The notes beneath the pieces are model-generated. The model worked only from the letters and a program-made list of their open reading frames with translations, was not told where the DNA came from and did not search any database. A program made the translations under genes and the position numbers. From Sulfuricystis thermophila (GTDB lineage: Bacteria; Pseudomonadota; Gammaproteobacteria; Burkholderiales; Rhodocyclaceae), in contig NZ_AP019373.1 in assembly GCF_004323595.1 (NCBI RefSeq), positions 2,531,593-2,563,592 of the forward strand: a DNA stretch of 32,000 nt, read 5' to 3'. Within the stretch, counting starts at the first letter, position 1, and the number at the start of each line of letters is the position of its first letter. Shown here piece by piece: positions 8,401 to 18,054 of the stretch.

Positions 8401-9690
8401 CGTCTTGCGCCCCATGAGGGGGTAAACAGCGACCTCGCCCAAGCCTTTGAGATGCAGGCGTCGTGCTGCGGCAAACTCGTAACGACCGGCGAGATGCTCG
8501 TAAGTGGCGGCATCGCAGTAGATGGACCCGGGAAGCGCTTCGTCGGTGAGCCGACTGGCCAGATTCACCTTGTCGCCCCAAACGTCATAGATGAACTTGT
8601 GTTTGCCGACCACGCCGGCGACGACCGGTCCGGTGCTGATGCCGATGCGCAGCGCCAGATGACCTGAGTCGAAGCGGTGGTCGTGCCGCAACAGGGCCTG
8701 CATCGCCAGCGCGAAATCGGCACAGGCGCTGGCCTGATCGCTCGCCGCACGATCGAGGCCACCGGCGGCCATGTAGGCATCGCCGATCGTCTTGATCTTT
8801 TCCAGGCCAAAGCGTGCACACAGGTCGTCGAATGCGGAAAAGATCTCGTTGAGCATGCCGAAGACCTGTTCGGGGCTCATGTGCGAGGCGATCAGCGTGA
8901 AATCGACCAGGTCGGCGAACATCACCGTGGCCTCGGGAAACCCATCGGCGATGATTTTCTCCCCTTGCTTCAGACGTTCGGCCACCGGGGCCGGCAGGAT
9001 GTTGAGGAGCAGTTTCTCGGAACGATACTGGGCCTCCAACAGTTGCCGATGCGCTTCTTCGAGGCGCTCCTGGATCTTGCGCTTCTCCTGTATCGAATAA
9101 CGCAGCAGCACATAGATGATGGTTGCGACCGCAATGAAGTTGAGCGCGAAGAACACCATGCTGGTGCGTAGCGGGATGGCCAGCTTCTGGGTGGCATAAG
9201 CATCGGCGAGCAGGAAATCGAACGCACCGGTCAATGCAGTAAACAAAACCCAGGCGAGAAACCAGACGATCGACTCGCGCACGCCATAGCAAAGAATCGC
9301 CCCGAATGGCGCCAGCAGCCCCCAAAGGATGATGCCGCTGCCGGTAATGAAGTTGCCGATACCCCACTGCATCGCGAAGGGCGCGAACAGGAACAGTGTG
9401 AGCTGGGAAAAGCGGAAAAAGTCGAAATTGCGGGAGTAGATGTAGAGCAACAGGTTGCCGGCCAGCGTGAGCTGGAACAGATAAGGCAGTGTGACCGAAA
9501 ATCGCGGGCCAAGAACCCAGTAAATCGCCACCCCGAGCATCGAGGTGATGCTCACCAGGCCAGTGGCGAAGAACAGCAGCTGCTTGTTGAGCGCGAGATC
9601 GGGACTGTCGCCGGGCTCGACGCCGGCATTGCGCAGCCGTTCTAGGAAGCCAGGCGAGGAGGCGACGGTAAGCACTGAAGACATGTTCAT
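8389..9690 (-). CDS. membrane-anchored class III adenylate/guanylate cyclase
   Basis: About 6 hydrophobic helices, a coiled linker, then a CHD domain (TVMFADLVDFT...EKIKTIGDAYMAAGGL...LRIGISTGPVVAGVVG). The track start at 9702 is TTG. ATG at 9688-9690 or 9682-9684 is more likely. Confidence 0.8.
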   Translation of the reverse strand: MNMSSVLTVASSPGFLERLRNAGVEPGDSPDLALNKQLLFFATGLVSITSMLGVAIYWVLGPRFSVTLPYLFQLTLAGNLLLYIYSRNFDFFRFSQLTLFLFAPFAMQWGIGNFITGSGIILWGLLAPFGAILCYGVRESIVWFLAWVLFTALTGAFDFLLADAYATQKLAIPLRTSMVFFALNFIAVATIIYVLLRYSIQEKRKIQERLEEAHRQLLEAQYRSEKLLLNILPAPVAERLKQGEKIIADGFPEATVMFADLVDFTLIASHMSPEQVFGMLNEIFSAFDDLCARFGLEKIKTIGDAYMAAGGLDRAASDQASACADFALAMQALLRHDHRFDSGHLALRIGISTGPVVAGVVGKHKFIYDVWGDKVNLASRLTDEALPGSIYCDAATYEHLAGRYEFAAARRLHLKGLGEVAVYPLMGRKTSSA

Positions 9691-9752
9691 AGTATGACGC
9701 AATCTGGACGCATCAGGATGGAGCGGCAGTGCCTTCCGGTAGAATTGCCGCC

Positions 9753-9956
9753 ATGATCGAGATCACGCTCAACGGTGAAAAGCGGCAGTTGGCGGCGCCG
9801 CTGACCGTCGCCCGGCTGCTGGAGCTGGAAGGCCTGACCGGCAAGCGCGTCGCGGTGGAAAGAAATGGCACCATCGTGCCGAAGAGCCTGCATGCTGAAA
9901 CGCCCATCGAGGCGGGGGATACGCTCGAAATCGTCGTCGCCGTCGGCGGCGGCTGA
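9753..9956 (+). CDS. thiS: sulfur carrier protein ThiS
   Basis: [13 protein letters not shown]...IVVAVGGG: 67 aa with a C-terminal GG, immediately upstream of thiG. Trimmed from track ORF 9729-9956. Confidence 0.9.
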   Translation: MIEITLNGEKRQLAAPLTVARLLELEGLTGKRVAVERNGTIVPKSLHAETPIEAGDTLEIVVAVGGG

Positions 9957-9973
9957 ACGCGAAGGGAAAACCC

Positions 9974-10762
9974 ATGGAAGACGCACTGATCATCGCTGGC
10001 AAGGCATATCGCTCGCGCCTGTTGGTCGGCACCGGCAAATACAAGGATTTCGACGAGACGAGACGCGCCATCGAAGCCTCTGGCGCCGAGATCGTCACCG
10101 TGGCGATCCGCCGCACCAACATCGGCCAGGACCCGCAGCAGCCTTCGCTGCTCGATGCCCTGCCGCCTTCGAAGTACACCTATCTGCCCAATACCGCCGG
10201 CTGCTACACGGCCGAGGAGGCCATTCGCACGTTGCGTCTGGCGCGCGAGCTGCTCGACGGCCACAGCCTCGTCAAGCTCGAAGTGCTCGGCGACAAGGAA
10301 ACGCTGTTCCCCAACATGCCGGAAACCCTGAAAGCCGCCGAAATTCTCGTCAAGGAAGGTTTCCAGGTGATGGTCTATTGCTCCGATGACCCGATCCAGG
10401 CAAAGCTGCTGGAGGAGATCGGCTGTGTGGCGGTGATGCCGCTTGCATCGCTGATCGGTTCCGGCATGGGCATCCTCAACCCTTGGAATCTCTCACTCAT
10501 CATCGAGAAGGCCAAGGTGCCGGTGCTGGTCGACGCGGGTGTTGGCACGGCGTCGGATGCCGCGATCGCGATGGAATTGGGCTGTGATGGCGTGTTGATG
10601 AACACGGCGATCGCCGGGGCGAAGAATCCGGTGTTGATGGCTGCCGCGATGAAGAAGGCCGTCGAGGCCGGCCGCGAGGCCTATCTTGCCGGACGCATGC
10701 CGAAGAAGTTCTACAGCGCGAGCCCGAGCTCGCCGATGACCGGTCTGATCGGCGGCAAGTGA
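9974..10762 (+). CDS. thiG: thiazole synthase ThiG
   Basis: 262 aa. Characteristic LLVGTGKY...VTVAIRR...LPNTAGC...[11 protein letters not shown] sequence. Confidence 0.95.
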   Translation: MEDALIIAGKAYRSRLLVGTGKYKDFDETRRAIEASGAEIVTVAIRRTNIGQDPQQPSLLDALPPSKYTYLPNTAGCYTAEEAIRTLRLARELLDGHSLVKLEVLGDKETLFPNMPETLKAAEILVKEGFQVMVYCSDDPIQAKLLEEIGCVAVMPLASLIGSGMGILNPWNLSLIIEKAKVPVLVDAGVGTASDAAIAMELGCDGVLMNTAIAGAKNPVLMAAAMKKAVEAGREAYLAGRMPKKFYSASPSSPMTGLIGGK

Positions 10763-11250
10763 AGCGCTGCTGCTGCTGGGCACTCCCCTGGCTACTCGTC
10801 GTGATGCCGGCATTTGCCGACGAACCTGGCCTGTCGGCGGAGGGGTTGGTTCCGGTACGCCACGGCTATGCCTTCGAACAACCCGACATTCTCCTGCGCC
10901 AGCGCCTCTTCGGCCTCGCCCATGGCGTGCACCTGCTGCTCTCCGCCTGCCTCGACAAGCAGCTGAACGTTCAGGCGATAGAGCAAGCCTACGAGCAATG
11001 GCATACCGCGCAGGAACCGGCGATCGACGCGCTGCGCAATGCGCTCGCCGAACACCATTTTGGTGCCCAGGCGTCGCGTGCCGGCTGGCAGGACATCGCC
11101 CGTGTGCTGGGACTCAAGGAAACCATTTATCCCGCGCTCGGCACGGTCGGGCTGGAAGAGGCCTGTGCGACACTGCCGCTCGCCTTGACCCGACCCACCT
11201 ATGATTTCGTCACGCAACTCGGAATGACCGATGCAGCCCCCCAGCAATGA
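10759..11250 (+). CDS. hypothetical secreted protein
   Basis: GTG start overlaps the thiG stop (GTGA). N-terminal signal-like [20 protein letters not shown]. No recognisable domain. The 3' end overlaps the trmB start by 20 nt. Confidence 0.5.
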   Translation: MKRCCCWALPWLLVVMPAFADEPGLSAEGLVPVRHGYAFEQPDILLRQRLFGLAHGVHLLLSACLDKQLNVQAIEQAYEQWHTAQEPAIDALRNALAEHHFGAQASRAGWQDIARVLGLKETIYPALGTVGLEEACATLPLALTRPTYDFVTQLGMTDAAPQQ

Positions 11251-11947
11251 CGCCGCACCGCGGCATGCGCACATCCGCAGCTATGTACTGCGCCAAGGCC
11301 GTGTTTCGAATGCCCAGCAACGTCATTACGAAGAAGGCATGCCACGCTGGGGGATCCCCTATGCTGCCGCGCCGCTCGATCTTGCCGCTGTCTTCGGCCG
11401 CCATGCGCCGACGATTCTCGAAATCGGCTGCGGCATGGGCGAGACGACCGCAATCATTGCCGCTCATCATCCCGAGAGCGACTTCATCGGCATCGAAGTG
11501 CACACCCCGGGCGTCGGCAGCCTGCTGAAGGAAATCGCCACCCGCGGGCTGACCAACCTGCGGGTGATCCAGCACGATGCGGTCGAGGTAGTGCGCGACA
11601 TGATCCCCCATGGCTCGCTTTCCGGCATCCACGTTTTCTTTCCCGATCCGTGGCCGAAGAAGCGCCACCACAAGCGGCGCCTGATCCAGCCGCCTTTCGT
11701 GCATGAGCTCGCGCTGCGCCTGATGCCGGGCGGCTATCTGCATCTGGCGACCGACTGGGAGGAATACGCGCAGCAGATGCTCGAGGTCTTGTCGGCCGAG
11801 CCCCTGCTCGAAAACACTGCCCAGGGCTTTGCGCCGCGTCCCGAGTGGCGGCCGCAGACCAAGTTCGAGCAGCGCGGCCTGCGCCTGGGGCATGGCGTCT
11901 GGGACGTGTTGTTCAGACGGCGAGAAACAGCGCAATCAGGCGATTGA
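11231..11947 (+). CDS. trmB: tRNA (guanine-N7)-methyltransferase
   Basis: [19 protein letters not shown] motif [10 protein letters not shown], and [15 protein letters not shown]: typical TrmB. Confidence 0.9.
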   Translation: MQPPSNDAAPRHAHIRSYVLRQGRVSNAQQRHYEEGMPRWGIPYAAAPLDLAAVFGRHAPTILEIGCGMGETTAIIAAHHPESDFIGIEVHTPGVGSLLKEIATRGLTNLRVIQHDAVEVVRDMIPHGSLSGIHVFFPDPWPKKRHHKRRLIQPPFVHELALRLMPGGYLHLATDWEEYAQQMLEVLSAEPLLENTAQGFAPRPEWRPQTKFEQRGLRLGHGVWDVLFRRRETAQSGD

Positions 11948-13226
11948 GGAAACGCCGGCCCAAAGGTGTCGGCTGCAAACGGCCGTCGGCGATTGCCAGC
12001 AGGCCCTGCTGCCGTCCTGCCAGCGCCGATTTCTCGATGGTGGAAAGCGGCAGGCCGGTGCGCTCGGCAAACAGCGCGAGCGGCACGCCCTCGGCCAGCC
12101 GCAGCGCATTCATCATGAACTCGCCGGGCAAGTCCTCCATCGCCACCGGCAGCCAGCAGCGCGTGATCGGATCGGCGAGATAGTCCTTCGGATGGCGCGG
12201 CCGCGCTTCGCGGTGGATAGCCAAACCACCGGGCAGCGTTGGCGCAGGGCCGTCCCAAGCCAACGCGGCACGCGGCGAAGCCGCAAACCGCGTTTGGGTT
12301 TCTACGGCGAGCCCCTCGTTTTCGCGAGCGCAGCGAGCCTGTTTGGAACCCCCCGCGAGGGGGGCGAAGGGGGGCGTGCTGATTTTTGAGTGAGCGCCCG
12401 CGCCGAGCCCAAGGTAATCACCAAACGTCCAGTAGTTGAGATTGTGCGCGCAGCGCTGCCCCGGTTTTGCGTAGGCCGAGGTCTCGTAATGCTCGAATCC
12501 GGCAGCGAGAAGGCGTGTCTCGACCATTTCCAGCATGTCGGCGGCGAGATCCTCGTCGGGCAGCGGCGGCGGCGCGTGGTGGAACGGCGTGTTCGGTTCG
12601 AGCGTCAGGTGATAGGCGGAAATGTGCGAAACGCCAGTAGCGATCGCGGTTTCGATGTCGCGGCGCGCTTCATCGAGGGTTTGTCCGGGCAACGCCACCA
12701 TCAGGTCGAGATTGACGCGTGTAAAGTGCCGCTGGGCGATCTCGATCGCCCGTCTGGCTTCGTCACCGGAGTGGATGCGGCCGAGGGCGGCGAGTTTCGC
12801 ATCATCGAAGCTCTGGATGCCCAGCGAGAGGCGATTGACCCCCGCATCCGCATAGGCTGCGAAACGTTCCGCCTCGACCGTGCCGGGATTCGCTTCCAGC
12901 GTGATCTCCGCCTCCGGCCACAGGCGCACCCGCGCGCGGATCGCGTCGAGCAATGCGCCGACGGTACTGCCCGCCATCAGGCTCGGCGTGCCGCCGCCGA
13001 TGAAGACGGAGATCACTGGCCGGCCCCAGATCGCGGGCAGCACGGCTTCGAGATCGCGGATCAGTGCCGCAAGGTAATCGGCCTCTTGCGGCGCGCTGTC
13101 GTGCGAGTTGAAGTCGCAGTAAGGACACTTCCTCACACACCACGGCCAATGGACATAGAGCGAAAGCGGCGGCGGCGCCAAAGTCGGCGCTGGCGGCACG
13201 GCACGGATCGGAATGATATGTTTCAA
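11913..13226 (-). CDS. hemW: radical SAM heme chaperone HemW (coproporphyrinogen III oxidase-like), carrying an apparent ~49-codon internal insertion
   Basis: [20 protein letters not shown] radical SAM motif and a HemN_C-like C-terminus. The track start is TTG (13224-13226), overlapping the rdgB stop. GTG at 13199 is an alternative start. The 3' end overlaps trmB by 35 nt (convergent). Confidence 0.85.
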   Translation of the reverse strand: MKHIIPIRAVPPAPTLAPPPLSLYVHWPWCVRKCPYCDFNSHDSAPQEADYLAALIRDLEAVLPAIWGRPVISVFIGGGTPSLMAGSTVGALLDAIRARVRLWPEAEITLEANPGTVEAERFAAYADAGVNRLSLGIQSFDDAKLAALGRIHSGDEARRAIEIAQRHFTRVNLDLMVALPGQTLDEARRDIETAIATGVSHISAYHLTLEPNTPFHHAPPPLPDEDLAADMLEMVETRLLAAGFEHYETSAYAKPGQRCAHNLNYWTFGDYLGLGAGAHSKISTPPFAPLAGGSKQARCARENEGLAVETQTRFAASPRAALAWDGPAPTLPGGLAIHREARPRHPKDYLADPITRCWLPVAMEDLPGEFMMNALRLAEGVPLALFAERTGLPLSTIEKSALAGRQQGLLAIADGRLQPTPLGRRFLNRLIALFLAV

Positions 13227-13813
13227 ACGTCGAGTTTCAGGCGTTCGATCAGCTGCCGCAGAGCCTTGCCGCGGTGCGAGCGGCGGTTTTTCTCCTCGGC
13301 GGAGATTTCGGCGGCGGTGAGTCCCAGCTCGGGGACGAGGAAATACGGGTCATAGCCGAAGCCGTTTTGGCCTCTGGGCGTGTCGATGATCTCGCCATGC
13401 CACTCGCCCTCGCAGATGATCGGTTGCGGATCTTCGGCATGATGCACGAACACCAGCACGGCGACGTAGTGGGCGCGGCGATCCTGCTTGCCGGCCAGCT
13501 CACTGATCAGCTTCTGGTTGTTGCGCTCGTCGGACTTGGGTTCCCCGGCATAACGCGCCGAATAGACCCCCGGTGCGCCGCCCAGCGCATGGACGCAAAT
13601 GCCAGAATCGTCGGCCAGCGCCGGCAAGCCGGTGAGTCTCGCCGCGTGGCGCGCCTTGGCGAGCGCGTTTTCGACGAAGGTGATGTGCGGCTCCTCGGCT
13701 TCCGGGATGTTGAAGTGCGCCTGCGGCAGCACCTCGATGTCGATGGTGGCGAGCATCTGGCCGAATTCGCGCAGCTTGCCGGGGTTGTTCGAGGCGAGGA
13801 CGATCTGTTTCAT
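13223..13813 (-). CDS. rdgB: dITP/XTP pyrophosphatase (RdgB/HAM1)
   Basis: [17 protein letters not shown]...FGYDPYF...SHRGKA, 196 aa. This is the C-terminal part of spurious track ORF 13223-14830. ATGA overlap with the rph stop. Confidence 0.9.
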   Translation of the reverse strand: MKQIVLASNNPGKLREFGQMLATIDIEVLPQAHFNIPEAEEPHITFVENALAKARHAARLTGLPALADDSGICVHALGGAPGVYSARYAGEPKSDERNNQKLISELAGKQDRRAHYVAVLVFVHHAEDPQPIICEGEWHGEIIDTPRGQNGFGYDPYFLVPELGLTAAEISAEEKNRRSHRGKALRQLIERLKLDV

Positions 13814-14535
13814 GCGATCTCCAATGCGGCCTTCTGGGCCGCGATGATTTCCCTGATCCCCTTGTCGGCGAGCTTGAGCAGCTCGTCGAGCTCGGCGCGG
13901 GTAAAGGGTGCGCCTTCGGCGGTGCCCTGCAGTTCGACCATGCCGCCGGCGCCGGTCATCACGACATTCATGTCGGTATCGCAAGCCGAGTCTTCCGCGT
14001 AGTCGAGATCGAGCACCGGCTGGCCGTCTACGATGCCGACCGAGACGGCGGCGACGAAATCCTTCATTGGATGGCGGCCAAGCTGCCCTGCGGCCACCAA
14101 ACCACTCAGCGCATCGTAAAGTGCGACACAGGCGCCGCTGATCGAGGCGCAGCGCGTGCCGCCATCGGCCTGGATGACGTCGCAATCGAGCGTCACCTGC
14201 CGCTCCCCCAGCGCCGACAAATCGGTGACGGCGCGCAAACTGCGGCCGATCAGCCGCTGGATTTCCTGCGTGCGGCCGGATTGCTTGCCTTTCGCCGCCT
14301 CGCGCTCCGTGCGCGTGTGGGTGGAACGCGGCAGCATGCCGTATTCGGCGGTGACCCAACCCTGTCCCTTGCCTTTCAGGAAGGGCGGCACTTTTTCTTC
14401 GACGCTGGCGGTGCAGATGACCTTGGTGTGGCCGAATTCGATCAGCACGCTGCCTTCGGCATGGCGCGTGTAATGACGGGTGATTCTCAGCGGCCGCAGC
14501 TGATCGGGCGCGCGGCCGTCGAGTCTTGGATTCAT
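13810..14535 (-). CDS. rph: ribonuclease PH
   Basis: [45 protein letters not shown]..., 241 aa. Trimmed from ORF 13810-14628 to ATG 14533-14535, preceded by GGAG. Confidence 0.95.
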   Translation of the reverse strand: MNPRLDGRAPDQLRPLRITRHYTRHAEGSVLIEFGHTKVICTASVEEKVPPFLKGKGQGWVTAEYGMLPRSTHTRTEREAAKGKQSGRTQEIQRLIGRSLRAVTDLSALGERQVTLDCDVIQADGGTRCASISGACVALYDALSGLVAAGQLGRHPMKDFVAAVSVGIVDGQPVLDLDYAEDSACDTDMNVVMTGAGGMVELQGTAEGAPFTRAELDELLKLADKGIREIIAAQKAALEIA

Positions 14536-15425
14536 ACATTCTCCTTGACGGGGATTGGAGTGGCAGCGAGCAGACGTTGCAGCGAAAAGGCGCTTTGTGG
14601 TCGCGCCAGTGGATCGAGGCGCAGGCACTGGTCGATGGTGTCGAGCAACTGCGGCGAGTAACGTCCCGCCCAGCGCTGGCTCGCCGGTACGAGCGGATCA
14701 CCGCCGAGGCGGCGGTCGGCAGGTGTCGGCGCCGCAGCGGCAAGGCAGGCGTACATGCTGGCGCCCACCGCATAGACATCGGTCCAGGGGCCGATCTCTC
14801 CGCCTTTGTCATATTGCTCCGGTGCGGCATAGCCGGGGGTATAGACCGGCCGCAGGTCGCCCGCCTTTTGCAAAGCCTGGCGCGCGGCGCCGAAGTCGAT
14901 CAGCACGGGACTGGCGTCGAGGCGCAGCCAGATGTTCGAGGGCTTGATGTCCAGATGCAGCAGGCGGCTGGCATGCACCTCGCGCAAGCCGGAGAGCAGG
15001 CGCATGAATACGCCGCGCACGAAATTCTCAGAGAGTTCGCCGGGATGTTTGCGGATGTGCTCGTGCAGCGTGCGGCCGCGCTCGTAGGCCATCACCAGAT
15101 AGACGGTATCGTTGGCGCGCAGGAAATTCTCCACGCGCACGACGTTGGGATGATTCAGGCGCGAGAGCGCGATCCCTTCCTCGTAGAAGGCCATCATGCC
15201 ACTGTGATAGGCGGCGCGGTGCTCGGGCTTTACCTGGGGCACCAGCCCGACCGTACGGCGGGCGAGCGACTGCGGCAGGTATTCCTTGATCGCCACGGGA
15301 TGGCCGCGCGGGTCGGTGGCCAGATAGACGATCGAGAACCCCCCCATCGAGAGCTGACGCTCGAAGCGGTAACCGTCGATGACATGGCCGGCCGGCAGGG
15401 GGATGCTGGTTTGCTGAAGTGCCAT
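14532..15425 (-). CDS. Hanks-type serine/threonine protein kinase (kinase domain only)
   Basis: Motifs [25 protein letters not shown] and TPGYAAPE. Trimmed to ATG 15423-15425 (MALQQTS...). The stop overlaps the rph start by 4 nt. Confidence 0.85.
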   Translation of the reverse strand: MALQQTSIPLPAGHVIDGYRFERQLSMGGFSIVYLATDPRGHPVAIKEYLPQSLARRTVGLVPQVKPEHRAAYHSGMMAFYEEGIALSRLNHPNVVRVENFLRANDTVYLVMAYERGRTLHEHIRKHPGELSENFVRGVFMRLLSGLREVHASRLLHLDIKPSNIWLRLDASPVLIDFGAARQALQKAGDLRPVYTPGYAAPEQYDKGGEIGPWTDVYAVGASMYACLAAAAPTPADRRLGGDPLVPASQRWAGRYSPQLLDTIDQCLRLDPLARPQSAFSLQRLLAATPIPVKENV

Positions 15426-15480
15426 GTGCCCATTGTAAATGCTGGTAAGCTCGCCATCTGAACCGCAAGGAAGATTGCCC

Positions 15481-16350
15481 ATGAACATCCAGAGCATGAC
15501 CGGCTATGCCGCCCTCGACCGCGATCTCGGCCCGCTGCGGCTCGCGCTCGAGCTGAAGAGCGTCAATGGCCGTTTCCTCGATCTCAATTTCCGCTGTGCC
15601 GAAGAGCTGCGTTTCCTCGAAATGCCGTTGCGCGAGCGGCTCGCGGCGGCGATCGGCCGCGGCAAGGTCGATTGCCGGCTGACCCTGCAGCCGAACAGCA
15701 CCGCCACGCCGCATCTGGTCGCCAATCTCGCGCTGGTGCGCCAGCTGTCCGCGCTGGAAGCCGAAGTGCGCAGCGTCCTGGGCAGCGCGGCACCACTGTC
15801 GGTGGCCGACGTGCTGCGCTGGCCGGGGGTGCTGGAAAGCGAAGCGATCTCACCTGAACGCTTGCAGACCGAGTGTTTCGCCTTGCTCGATGCGGTGCTC
15901 GTCGATTTTCTCGCCAGCCGCGCACGCGAAGGCACCCGTCTCGGCGAAGCGTTGATGGAACGCGTCGCAAAGATGCGTGCCGCGGTCGCCCAGGTCGAGC
16001 CACTGGTGCCGGCGGCGATCGCCGAATACAGCGAGCGGCTGGCAGCACGTTTGCGCGAAGCGGTCGCCGCGCTCGATGAAGAGCGCATCCGCCAGGAAAT
16101 CGGCGTCTTTGCCGCCAAGATCGACGTCGCCGAGGAACTGGCGCGCCTCGTCACCCATCTGAATGAAGTCGAGCGTGTGCTCGACCACGGCGGTGCGGTT
16201 GGCAAGCGCCTCGATTTCCTGATGCAGGAACTGAACCGCGAGGCGAACACGCTGGCCTCGAAATCCGTATCCGCCGCCGTCACCAAGATTGCCCTCGAAC
16301 TGAAACTGCTCATCGAGCAGATGCGCGAACAGGTGCAGAACTTGGAATGA
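15481..16350 (+). CDS. yicC: YicC family stress-induced protein (RNase-associated)
   Basis: MNIQSMTGYA... N-terminal YicC_N signature and C-terminal LDFLMQELNREANTLASKS (DUF1732). Trimmed from ORF 15439 to ATG 15481. Confidence 0.9.
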   Translation: MNIQSMTGYAALDRDLGPLRLALELKSVNGRFLDLNFRCAEELRFLEMPLRERLAAAIGRGKVDCRLTLQPNSTATPHLVANLALVRQLSALEAEVRSVLGSAAPLSVADVLRWPGVLESEAISPERLQTECFALLDAVLVDFLASRAREGTRLGEALMERVAKMRAAVAQVEPLVPAAIAEYSERLAARLREAVAALDEERIRQEIGVFAAKIDVAEELARLVTHLNEVERVLDHGGAVGKRLDFLMQELNREANTLASKSVSAAVTKIALELKLLIEQMREQVQNLE

Positions 16351-16389
16351 CAACGTCATACGTTGCATGTCGTAGCAGCGATGCCTGAA

Positions 16390-16420
16390 AAGCCCCATGA
16401 ATAGGGGCTTTTTTGTTTTT
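16390..16420 (+). terminator. rho-independent terminator of yicC
   Basis: AAGCCCC-atgaata-GGGGCTT stem-loop followed by TTTTGTTTTT. Confidence 0.8.
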
Positions 16421-16426
16421 CTAGCG

Positions 16427-16455
16427 TTGCATTGCGTAGCTGACAAGCGCATAAT
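16427..16455 (+). promoter_or_regulatory. near-consensus sigma-70 promoter (TTGCAT-17 nt-CATAAT) abutting attL
   Basis: TTGCAT at 16427-16432, 17-nt spacer, CATAAT at 16450-16455. The predicted start site falls inside the 22-bp att repeat. It now points into the integrase gene. Confidence 0.5.
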
Positions 16456-16458
16456 TTT

Positions 16459-16480
16459 TGTGCACCCAAGTGTGCACCCA
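16459..16480. repeat. attL core (TGTGCACCCAAGTGTGCACCCA)
   Basis: Identical 22-mer recurs at 23728-23749. It is itself a tandem of the 10-mer TGTGCACCCA, and an inverted third copy (TGGGTGCACA) lies at 16503-16512. Confidence 0.8.
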
Positions 16481-16538
16481 GGGCATTTTTGGGGGGATTT
16501 TTTGGGTGCACATACCAATGCGCGAACAAGGAGGCGAC

Positions 16539-17822
16539 GTGGGCAATCTGACTGACATACAGATTCGGGACTGGATCAGGCGTGGTGAGCGTTTCGAGCA
16601 GCGAGGCGACGGCGACGGTCTTTATCTGCGATTCCGCAAGGCCGACGCGACGCCGAGTTGGATTTTTCGTTATCGGGTTGGCGGCAAGGCGAGAGCGATG
16701 GTCATTGGGCGCTACAAGACCCTGAGCCTGGCCGATGCGCGACGCACGGCGAAGGAACTGCGGGCGCGAGTCGCGCTTGGCTTCGATCCCGCCGGAGAAA
16801 AGCAGGAACGCAAGCGCGAGACGCTTCGCAAGATCGAGGAGGCCAAGCGGCGAATGACGGTCGGCGAGCTTGCCGACGAGTATTTCGCGGCGATGATCGC
16901 GGGCCGCTGGAAGCATCCCAATATCTGCCGGGCGCGGATCGAGCGGGACATCAAGCCCGCCATTGGGCACATTCCCATCGATGAGGTCAAGCCGCAGCAT
17001 ATCGACGATCTGCTAAAGGGAATCGTCAAGCGCGGAGCGCCGACGATGGCGAATGACACGCTGCGCTGGTGCAAGCGCATCTTCAATTACGGCATCAAGC
17101 GGCAGCTATGCCAATTCAATCCCGCTGCGCCGTTCGACGTGACCGACGCGGGCGGTAGAGAGGAGCCCCGCGACCGTTGGTTGACGCGCGAGGAATTGAC
17201 GGCGTTGTTCGCGGCGATGCGCGTGGCAAAGGGTTGGAATACGCTCAACACCTACGCGGTAAAGCTGCTGCTGATGCTTGCCTGCCGACGCGAGGAGCTT
17301 ATCGCGGCGCGTGTTGCCGAATTCGATCTTGATGGCGCGGTGTGGCACCTGCCCGGCTCGCGCACCAAAACTGGCAAGGCCATTGACATTCCGCTGCCGA
17401 GGCAAGCCGTGGTGATCCTGCGCGAGGTGATTCGATTTGGCGGGGATTCGGCTTGGCTTTTCCCTGCCCGCAAGATGCAATTGCGCATGACCCCGCATAT
17501 CGACCTGAACACGGTCGGAGCCGCTCTGAACAAGCACATTCGGCCTGCGCTGAGGAAGCGGGGCATTCCCGATTTCACTGTGCATGATTTCCGGCGCACG
17601 GCGCGAACGCACTTGGCCGCGCTTGGCGTTGAACCCTACGTGGCCGAGCGATGCCTGAACCATTCCATCAAAGGTGTCGAGGGAATTTACAACCGCCATG
17701 ACTTTTTCGATGAGCGGCGCGTAGCCCTGCAAAAATGGGCCGACCTGCTAGAGCGGCTTGAAAACGGCGGCGCGGAGGTGATCGACTTCCAGAAAATCGG
17801 CAGGCAAGGCCGGGCAGTCTGA
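16539..17822 (+). CDS. int: tyrosine recombinase, P4-type integrase (DUF4102 arm-binding N-terminus)
   Basis: N-terminus LTDIQIRDWIRRGERFEQRGDGDGLYLRFRK...WIFRYRVGGK. C-terminal catalytic HDFRRTARTHL and GIYNRHDF. GTG 16539 is preceded by AAGGAGG at 16527-16533. ATG 16518 is the alternative start. The track start 16458 lies inside att and is rejected. Confidence 0.85.
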   Translation: MGNLTDIQIRDWIRRGERFEQRGDGDGLYLRFRKADATPSWIFRYRVGGKARAMVIGRYKTLSLADARRTAKELRARVALGFDPAGEKQERKRETLRKIEEAKRRMTVGELADEYFAAMIAGRWKHPNICRARIERDIKPAIGHIPIDEVKPQHIDDLLKGIVKRGAPTMANDTLRWCKRIFNYGIKRQLCQFNPAAPFDVTDAGGREEPRDRWLTREELTALFAAMRVAKGWNTLNTYAVKLLLMLACRREELIAARVAEFDLDGAVWHLPGSRTKTGKAIDIPLPRQAVVILREVIRFGGDSAWLFPARKMQLRMTPHIDLNTVGAALNKHIRPALRKRGIPDFTVHDFRRTARTHLAALGVEPYVAERCLNHSIKGVEGIYNRHDFFDERRVALQKWADLLERLENGGAEVIDFQKIGRQGRAV

Positions 17823-18020
17823 CTTTCCGTCGGAGAATCAGGCGGTTAGACCCATTGCCTGCTCGCAGGGGCAGGCACTATATCTAGTAGGCCGCAACGT
17901 CACGCGCACTAGGCGAAACCGTAACCCATTGATTATTCAACGGGTGAAATTTTTTCCTTTGAGGTTTCGTTACGTCGCTATACGATTCGACCAATCGCAT
18001 GGCTTCGTCATGCGAGAGGT

Positions 18021-18054
18021 GCAGACCAGGGACGTGGCCGCGTCCCTGGTCTGC
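18021..18054. other. perfect 14-bp-stem GC-rich hairpin in the int-alpA spacer
   Basis: GCAGACCAGGGACG-tggccg-CGTCCCTGGTCTGC. No flanking T-run, so it could be a terminator/insulator or a protein-binding palindrome. Confidence 0.5.

Noticed and set aside
9703-9752. TPP riboswitch upstream of thiS
   Set aside because: Only about 50 nt of spacer is available and no CUGAGA / ACCUGAUCUGGAUAAUGCCAGCG-like elements are present.
13223-14830. 535-aa ORF spanning rdgB, rph and part of the kinase gene
   Set aside because: Only the C-terminal 196 aa (rdgB) look like a real protein. The N-terminal extension is Arg/Ala/Pro-rich junk read in an alternate frame across the clearly recognisable rph gene.
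16458-16538. Track start of the integrase ORF inside the att repeat (MCTQVCTQ...)
   Set aside because: The extension is translation of the repeat and a T/G-rich leader. AAGGAGG-GTG at 16539 gives a normal P4-type integrase N-terminus.
16351-16540. tRNA or tmRNA gene as the integration target
   Set aside because: No cloverleaf-compatible sequence or CCA-proximal acceptor-like stem was seen by eye on either side of attL or attR. The site contains a terminator and a promoter instead. tRNAscan would be the formal check.
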